Shown here one piece after another: positions 26,378 to 32,000 of a stretch of DNA of 32,000 nucleotides. The stretch's first letter is position 1. The number at the start of each line of letters is the position of its first letter. Source of the DNA: Rickettsiales bacterium (lineage in GTDB: Bacteria > Pseudomonadota > Alphaproteobacteria > Rs-D84); contig JAISHM010000007.1 in assembly GCA_031262525.1 (NCBI GenBank), positions 35,695 to 67,694 on the forward strand. The letters run 5' to 3'. The notes beneath the pieces are model-generated. The model was not told the origin of the DNA. It made no database searches and was given only the letters and a program-made list of their open reading frames with translations. A program made the position numbers and the translations under genes.

Positions 26378-28398
26378 GGAAACTATTCGGACTTTTTTTT
26401 ATCACTTTTACCGCCCTGCCCCAATGGGCATTTTCCGATATGAGTGTAAATACAGATACATCGAAAACAATAACCGCAGATAAAATTGAATATAACACAA
26501 ATACAAAAGCCATTAAAACAACAGGGGATACAAAAATACAAAATCAGTCTGGGCAAAGTCTGAATTTGCGAAATGCCTATGTTGCGGATAAAAATATCGC
26601 CAGCGGTGATGATATAACTTTATATTTAACACCGCATACGCGTATCACAGCGGATAGTATTACAAAAACAGATGGCAACACCAGCGCACTGGACGCAACA
26701 TATACAAATTGCGCAGAATGCGATAAAACGGGCGAGCCTTGGAAGATATCGGCATCGCGCGTTTATCACGATGACACGAAAAAAAATATATCTTTGTATG
26801 ATTCAACTTTGTGGTTTTATGATATTCCTGTATTCTGGTCGCCATGGATATCTTATCCGGACCCACGGATAAAATACAAAAGCGGTTTTTTAACCCCGTC
26901 AATAAATTCTACAAACAATATGGGAATGCAATTTAATTTGCCATTGTATCTGAACTTTTCTGACTATCACGATTTAACAATAACAACATCGTATTTAACC
27001 AAAGAAAATCCATTATTTTTAGCAGAACACAATCTGAATACCAAGCGCGCCAATATAAAAACAACAGGTTCTTTTACGCATACGCACGAAAATCAAAATC
27101 GTTGGCATTTGTTTAACGATGATTTAATAGAATTGGGCGACAATGCGCGAATGCTGGTATTTTTTAATCGCACATCTGATAAGACATATTTGCAACAATA
27201 TGATTTTTATAACAACCAACCTTATCTGGATTCTGGCGCGCGCCTTGAATTATTCGCGTCGCGCGGATACACAACCATAGATTCGCACTTTTTCCAAGAA
27301 TTGCGTGTCACAAACAAAAACACAAAAAATCCATCGGGGAATATTTTACCTAATATACATGGTGTGTATCAAACTGCACCTTTGGTTGGGAACACTTATT
27401 TTTCGTTTATGGGTGATGTGTTGGGCATACAAAAAAGCAATTCATCGAACCAAAGAATACTGGGCGAATCGCGCGTTGTATCTCCGTGGTTCTTGCCATT
27501 TGGTCAAAAACTGACTTTATCAGCGGCAGCGCGCTATGACCTGTATAATTTCATAGATACACCGATTTACGGGGATTTGGGTGGATATTCTGGAACCAAG
27601 GGACGTTTTTTACCCAGTGGTTATGTTGATTGGTCTATGCCATTTATTAGATATGGACAGCAATGGACAAACATTATAGAGCCGCGGGCACGCGCTACTT
27701 TCCAGCGCAGAATGGCATCCCCTAACTTTATCAACACTGATTCTGCGGGGTCGTTGTTATCGGACGCTATGTTGTTTTCTGACAATCGTTTATCTGGATA
27801 TGACCTGTGGGGCAACAGCAGTTATACAGATTATGGTGTAAATTGGACGGCTTTTAATAATGATGGGATACAAACTCAATTATTCCTGGGGCAAAGTTAT
27901 GATTTCTTTGTGGCGGATAAATTGGATAAAAATTCTGGATTTCACGATGGCGCATCTGACTATGTTGGGCGCGCAGATTTATATGTTGATAATTTCAGTA
28001 TTGCAAACAGATTTCGTGTTTCTAATACAGACCTTGGGCTGCGTCATTTAGAAAGTATCGCGCGCTTTGGACACAAAAACTATATAGACGCGGGGTATAT
28101 ACGCGCTATACAATTTACAGACACTCTGTCCCCTTATACAATTGTATCTGAATTAGTTTTGGGTGGGGATATAAATATAACACAGCGATTATCGCTGCGC
28201 GGGCGCGCAATATATAATATCACAAACGAACATTTACAAAGGCTGAATGCGGGCTTGTATTATGACCATCCTTGTTATACACTATCGCTGGATTTTTCGC
28301 GCGATGGCACAGAAAGATTGTATGTTGATGGTGAAAACTATTACGGGGGGACGCGCCTGCGATTCCAGTTTTCACTGAAACTGACCGATGAAAACTAA
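26374..28398 (+). CDS. lptD: LPS assembly outer-membrane protein LptD
   Basis: Signal peptide, an OstA-like N-terminal domain (ITADKIEYNTNTKAIKTTGDTKI) and a large C-terminal beta-barrel with aromatic-rich strands. It has lptD-surA synteny. Confidence 0.88.
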   Translation: MRKLFGLFFITFTALPQWAFSDMSVNTDTSKTITADKIEYNTNTKAIKTTGDTKIQNQSGQSLNLRNAYVADKNIASGDDITLYLTPHTRITADSITKTDGNTSALDATYTNCAECDKTGEPWKISASRVYHDDTKKNISLYDSTLWFYDIPVFWSPWISYPDPRIKYKSGFLTPSINSTNNMGMQFNLPLYLNFSDYHDLTITTSYLTKENPLFLAEHNLNTKRANIKTTGSFTHTHENQNRWHLFNDDLIELGDNARMLVFFNRTSDKTYLQQYDFYNNQPYLDSGARLELFASRGYTTIDSHFFQELRVTNKNTKNPSGNILPNIHGVYQTAPLVGNTYFSFMGDVLGIQKSNSSNQRILGESRVVSPWFLPFGQKLTLSAAARYDLYNFIDTPIYGDLGGYSGTKGRFLPSGYVDWSMPFIRYGQQWTNIIEPRARATFQRRMASPNFINTDSAGSLLSDAMLFSDNRLSGYDLWGNSSYTDYGVNWTAFNNDGIQTQLFLGQSYDFFVADKLDKNSGFHDGASDYVGRADLYVDNFSIANRFRVSNTDLGLRHLESIARFGHKNYIDAGYIRAIQFTDTLSPYTIVSELVLGGDINITQRLSLRGRAIYNITNEHLQRLNAGLYYDHPCYTLSLDFSRDGTERLYVDGENYYGGTRLRFQFSLKLTDEN

Positions 28399-28425
28399 AA
28401 ACTAATAACGAAGAGGTAATAATTA

Positions 28426-29283
28426 ATGTATAAAAAATTAAAATTTTTATTAAATAAACTAAATTATTTTTTGCTATTCGTTCTTAGTTTTTCACTATTC
28501 ACTAATTTATCATTCGCCGCCAGTGTGGTTGCAACCATAAACGGGACACCAATCACAGACGCAGATATTACCGCACGGGTGCGCCTGATGAATGCCCAGG
28601 GTAATAATTATACGGATAATCGCAAACGCGCATTAAATAATATGATTGACGATTCGGTTAAACTGGCATACGCTGAAAATTTTAAGATTTCCCCAGAACA
28701 ATCTGCGATTGACGCAGAGTTTAAACGTATGAATTTATCGGATATGGGTGGCGTGGCACGCGATGTGGCACGAAACGCTATACGCGCAGAGATGGCGTGG
28801 CAAATGGTTATTGCGCGCACAATAATGCCGACTATTACCGTAACAGACGAAGAAATAGCGACCGAGATTGCAAATATGGAGCGCGAGCAAGGTTTGCCAC
28901 TGGAAATAACATTTTTGCGCCTGATAAACATACCACAAAATGTTGCAGATAATTTAACAAAACCAAAAAATTGTGATGATGCGATAAAAATAGCCGAAAG
29001 TTTTGGTGGTGCACCACAAAAAATTACCGCGCCACAATATGAACTGAGTGCAGACATTCGCACGCGTATGGCGGGTATAGAAACACTAACATGGTCGCCT
29101 GTGGTTGATGATTCTGTTATTTTAATTTGCAAAAAAAATAAAATGAAAGAATATAAAAAATTAGATGATTTAATAGAACAAAACGCAAAATGGAACAAGG
29201 CAATGTTCGCGGGCGACCAACAATTAAAACAATTGCGACGGCGTGCTGTGGTCGTAATTTTGGACGATAAATATAAATTATGA
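28426..29283 (+). CDS. SurA-like periplasmic chaperone: SurA N-terminal domain plus a degenerate parvulin-like region
   Basis: Signal peptide ...LFTNLSFAAS, then VVATINGTPITDADITARVRLM as in the SurA N-domain. It lies directly downstream of lptD. Confidence 0.7.
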   Translation: MYKKLKFLLNKLNYFLLFVLSFSLFTNLSFAASVVATINGTPITDADITARVRLMNAQGNNYTDNRKRALNNMIDDSVKLAYAENFKISPEQSAIDAEFKRMNLSDMGGVARDVARNAIRAEMAWQMVIARTIMPTITVTDEEIATEIANMEREQGLPLEITFLRLINIPQNVADNLTKPKNCDDAIKIAESFGGAPQKITAPQYELSADIRTRMAGIETLTWSPVVDDSVILICKKNKMKEYKKLDDLIEQNAKWNKAMFAGDQQLKQLRRRAVVVILDDKYKL

Positions 29284-30362
29284 CCAAACCGATATTATTT
29301 AATCTTACAGATACCGAATTGGAACAATTTATTACAAAATTGGGTCAGCCAAAATTTCGCGCAAAACAAGTTCGCGAATGGTTAAATCGTGGGGCACCAG
29401 ATTTTTCTGTAATGAAAAACCTGCCAGAATCATTGCGCGTCGCGCTGGATAAAAACGCGACCGCCCTGCCCCTGCGCGTGGTAAAAAAATTGGATTCATC
29501 AGACGGACAAACCACAAAATTTTTATTGGAATTAAACGACAACGAATTCATAGAGAGTGTTTTAATGCGCACCAGTTATGGAAACAGCGTCTGTGTATCC
29601 AGCCAGGTCGGATGTGCAATGGGGTGTCGCTTTTGCGCCAGCACAATTTTAGGATTAAAACGCAATTTAACAACAAATGAAATGTTGTCCCAGGTTTTAA
29701 TTGCTTCTTTCTATACGCACGATTCCGTGGGGTTAAAAGATTTAACACATCCAAATGGCGATAAAAATAATAATGATATTACACATATTGTTGTGATGGG
29801 AACAGGGGAACCACTACTGAACTTTATCAACACAATCGGCTTTTTGGAACGCGCACATAATGACCTGAATATCGGTTGGCGTCGTATGACAATATCAACA
29901 TGCGGTATTATCCCAGGTATAAAAAATTTAATTGAATGGGGACGCCCAATAAATTTAGCAATTTCCTTACACGCCACAGAACAATGCGTGCGCAGCGATT
30001 TAATGCCGATAAATTTACAATATAATTTTAATGATGTTTTGGACAACGCTTTTACATTTTCTGAAAAAACAGGTCGCCAACTGATGATTGAATATATATT
30101 GTTAGGCGGAATAAACGATTCTAATGACGACGCCTTGCGTCTGGCAAATTTATTACAAAATAAAAATTGTATGGTGAATTTAATTCCATGGAACGCGGTT
30201 GATGAACGCGACTGGGAAATCCCCAGTGGTAATAAAATACACAAATTCCAAGATATTTTAATAAAAAACGGAATCCATACACGTATTCGCAAAGAACGCG
30301 GCGCAGATATAGGCAGTGCCTGTGGGCAATTACGAATAAAAAAACAAAGCACATTCTGTTAG
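29280..30362 (+). CDS. rlmN: 23S rRNA/tRNA (adenine-C2)-methyltransferase RlmN (radical SAM)
   Basis: FRAKQVREWL near the N-terminus, radical-SAM cluster CAMGCRFCAS, MGTGEPLLN and a C-terminal GSACGQL. Confidence 0.93.
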   Translation: MTKPILFNLTDTELEQFITKLGQPKFRAKQVREWLNRGAPDFSVMKNLPESLRVALDKNATALPLRVVKKLDSSDGQTTKFLLELNDNEFIESVLMRTSYGNSVCVSSQVGCAMGCRFCASTILGLKRNLTTNEMLSQVLIASFYTHDSVGLKDLTHPNGDKNNNDITHIVVMGTGEPLLNFINTIGFLERAHNDLNIGWRRMTISTCGIIPGIKNLIEWGRPINLAISLHATEQCVRSDLMPINLQYNFNDVLDNAFTFSEKTGRQLMIEYILLGGINDSNDDALRLANLLQNKNCMVNLIPWNAVDERDWEIPSGNKIHKFQDILIKNGIHTRIRKERGADIGSACGQLRIKKQSTFC

Positions 30363-30370
30363 TTATTTAC

Positions 30371-30411
30371 TATTTCACACGAAATTACAAAAATAATTAT
30401 TTCGCACGAAA
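30371..30411. promoter_or_regulatory. Two related 14-mers with parS-like half-sites upstream of parA
   Basis: TATTTCACACGAAA (30371-30384) and TATTTCGCACGAAA (30398-30411). Both have inverted TTTC...GAAA arms. Their 12-nt cores match the 12-nt core TTTCACGTGAAA of the parS consensus TGTTTCACGTGAAACA at 10/12 and 9/12 positions. Confidence 0.3.
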
Positions 30412-30469
30412 CAAACCTATTGACCATTGTTTGATAAATATGTATTCTATAAAAAAAGGAAACAAAAAA

Positions 30470-31258
30470 ATGGTCAAAATAATAGCATTTGCAAATCAAA
30501 AAGGCGGGGTTGGAAAAACCACTACTGCTATAAATATCGGAACATCTTTGGCAACAATCGGACGCCGTGTTTTACTGGTTGATTTAGACGCCCAGGGCAA
30601 TGCAGGTACGGGTTTGGGCTTTGTGCGCAGTGCGCACCCACAAAGTGTTTATAATGTGCTTATGGGTACAGACACGGCTGCAAACAATATATTATCTACA
30701 TCAATTCCAAACATGCACATAATGCCGGCGTCCGCGGCCCTATCCGGTGCCGAGGTTGAATTACTGGATATGGATAATCGCGAATATAGATTGCGCGACG
30801 CATTAAAACCAGTATATGACTATTATGATTATATTTTGTTTGATTGTCCCCCTGCCCTGGGATTTTTAACATTAAATGCACTGACGACCGCTGATTCGCT
30901 GATTATTCCATTACAATGTGAATTTTTTGCATTAGAGGGATTACAAGCACTGATGGGAGCAGTAAATGAAATCCAAAAAAAATGGAATCCATCTTTATCT
31001 GTTTTGGGAATTGTTTTAACAATGTATGACAAAAGATATGCAATTACACGCGCAGTCGAAGACGATGTTCGTAAAACTTTCGCAGAGCTGGTATTTCAGA
31101 CGATAATTCCACGCAATGTCCGCGTGTCCGAGGCACCCAGCCATGGGAAACCAGCCCTGTTTTATGATTTTAATTCAACCGGTGCCCAGGCATATCTGCG
31201 TCTGGCGACCGAAATAGTAAATGCGTGTGACGATGACAAAGGAGTCAAAAATGTCTAA
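30470..31258 (+). CDS. parA: Chromosome partitioning ATPase ParA (Soj)
   Basis: MVKIIAFANQKGGVGKTTT contains the deviant Walker A box, followed by VLLVDLDAQGNA and ILFDCPP. ATG 30470 was chosen within ORF 30431-31258. Confidence 0.93.
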   Translation: MVKIIAFANQKGGVGKTTTAINIGTSLATIGRRVLLVDLDAQGNAGTGLGFVRSAHPQSVYNVLMGTDTAANNILSTSIPNMHIMPASAALSGAEVELLDMDNREYRLRDALKPVYDYYDYILFDCPPALGFLTLNALTTADSLIIPLQCEFFALEGLQALMGAVNEIQKKWNPSLSVLGIVLTMYDKRYAITRAVEDDVRKTFAELVFQTIIPRNVRVSEAPSHGKPALFYDFNSTGAQAYLRLATEIVNACDDDKGVKNV

Positions 31259-32000
31259 ATTTGGATTGGGTCGCGGCCTGGCAGACTTGGAACGAGAAAA
31301 AGGCACAATTTCCGAAATTGCTGTTTTATCTGGCACAGAAAGAGTAATTGTGCGACATATTCCAATTGTATCGGTTGGCGCAAATCCGGACCAACCACGA
31401 AAAACCTTTAACGCTATGGAATTAAATGAATTGGCAGATTCAATTCGCGAAAAAGGAGTTTTGCAACCAATTTTGGTGCGCGCCGTAGAGGGCAGGGCGC
31501 ATCAGTATGAAATAATCGCGGGCGAGCGTCGTTGGCGCGCCAGCAAATTGGCGGGATTATCGGAAATTCCCGCACTGGTAAAAACATTGGATGATAATAA
31601 TGCGGCGGAAATCGCGCTGATTGAAAATGTTCAACGCAGCGACCTGAATGCGATTGAAGAGGCCGCGGCATACGATAACCTGATGCAACGCGCAGGTTAT
31701 ACACATGACGACATTTCGCGTTTAATTGGGAAATCAGTCAGTTATTTACGCAATATCTTGCGTTTGGCGGGACTGCCGGAATCTGTGAAACAAATGTTGA
31801 TTGACGGAAAAATCAGCGCGACACACGCTCGCACCTTGGCGGTCTCTGAAAACCCAGAAAAACTGGCACATGAAATTATCGCAAAAAATATGTCGGTAAA
31901 AGACACCGAAGAAATGGTAAAAAAATCAAAAAGAAGCAAAAAAGCCCGGTCTTTTTCTGGAATTTCACAAAATATCCCAGAAATCCAAACATTAGAGAAT
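31251..32000 (+). CDS. parB: Chromosome partitioning protein ParB (Spo0J), 3'-truncated by the window end
   Basis: My own translation from ATG 31251 stays open to base 32000: MSKFGLGRGLADL...NPDQPRKTF...L.ELADSIREKGVLQPILVR....YEIIAGERRWRASKLAGL..IPALV...ALIENVQRSDLN.IEEA.AY. It overlaps the parA stop. Confidence 0.93.
   Translation, partial: MSKFGLGRGLADLEREKGTISEIAVLSGTERVIVRHIPIVSVGANPDQPRKTFNAMELNELADSIREKGVLQPILVRAVEGRAHQYEIIAGERRWRASKLAGLSEIPALVKTLDDNNAAEIALIENVQRSDLNAIEEAAAYDNLMQRAGYTHDDISRLIGKSVSYLRNILRLAGLPESVKQMLIDGKISATHARTLAVSENPEKLAHEIIAKNMSVKDTEEMVKKSKRSKKARSFSGISQNIPEIQTLEN

Noticed and set aside
28608-29198. 196-aa ORF on the minus strand.
   Set aside because: It is antisense to the surA-like gene, which sits in conserved lptD-surA synteny. 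It has no SD or promoter and a low-complexity translation.
29711-30352. 213-aa ORF on the minus strand.
   Set aside because: It is entirely antisense to rlmN, whose product has unambiguous radical-SAM motifs. The translation is Ile/Phe/Ser-rich with no motif, typical of a shadow ORF in AT-rich DNA.

Overview
The window looks like a compact, fairly AT-rich Gram-negative chromosome. It is probably alphaproteobacterial and possibly host-associated, judging from the conserved MerR-like regulator, MutS motifs, tight gene packing and broken operons. That placement is an inference only. About 85% of the window is housekeeping: der, rpmH, rpmG, tRNA-Val, ybaB, pnp, rpsO, truB, mutS, xseB, mreB, rnpA, yidD, accBC, infC, pal, an LptF/G permease, lptD, a surA-like gene, rlmN and parAB. 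All homology calls rest on motifs I recognise from memory in the supplied translations; no searches were run. I found no CRISPR array, transposase, integrase, rRNA or clear prophage. I cannot demonstrate a clear multi-gene novel system. The accessory material sits mostly in about 133-5520, a visibly more AT-rich stretch. It holds two orphan operons and a consensus promoter whose 17-nt spacer is almost entirely an (AG)8 repeat. It also holds an NmFic-like class III Fic gene whose stop codon lies 1 nt before the ATG of a short, apparently frameshifted Pfs/MtnN-family nucleosidase. The rest of it is a (TAA)10 tract ahead of a 36-aa hydrophobic peptide ORF, and a DUF1796-like gene sitting after rpmH where rnpA normally is. 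The best candidates for follow-up are the Fic-nucleosidase bicistron and the repeat-controlled orphan gene. Other points of interest are a Pmp-type autotransporter, a UDG-fold protein lacking both catalytic motifs, an infC with a likely AUA start, two identical 33-nt palindromic bidirectional terminators, and twin degenerate parS-like sites upstream of parA.
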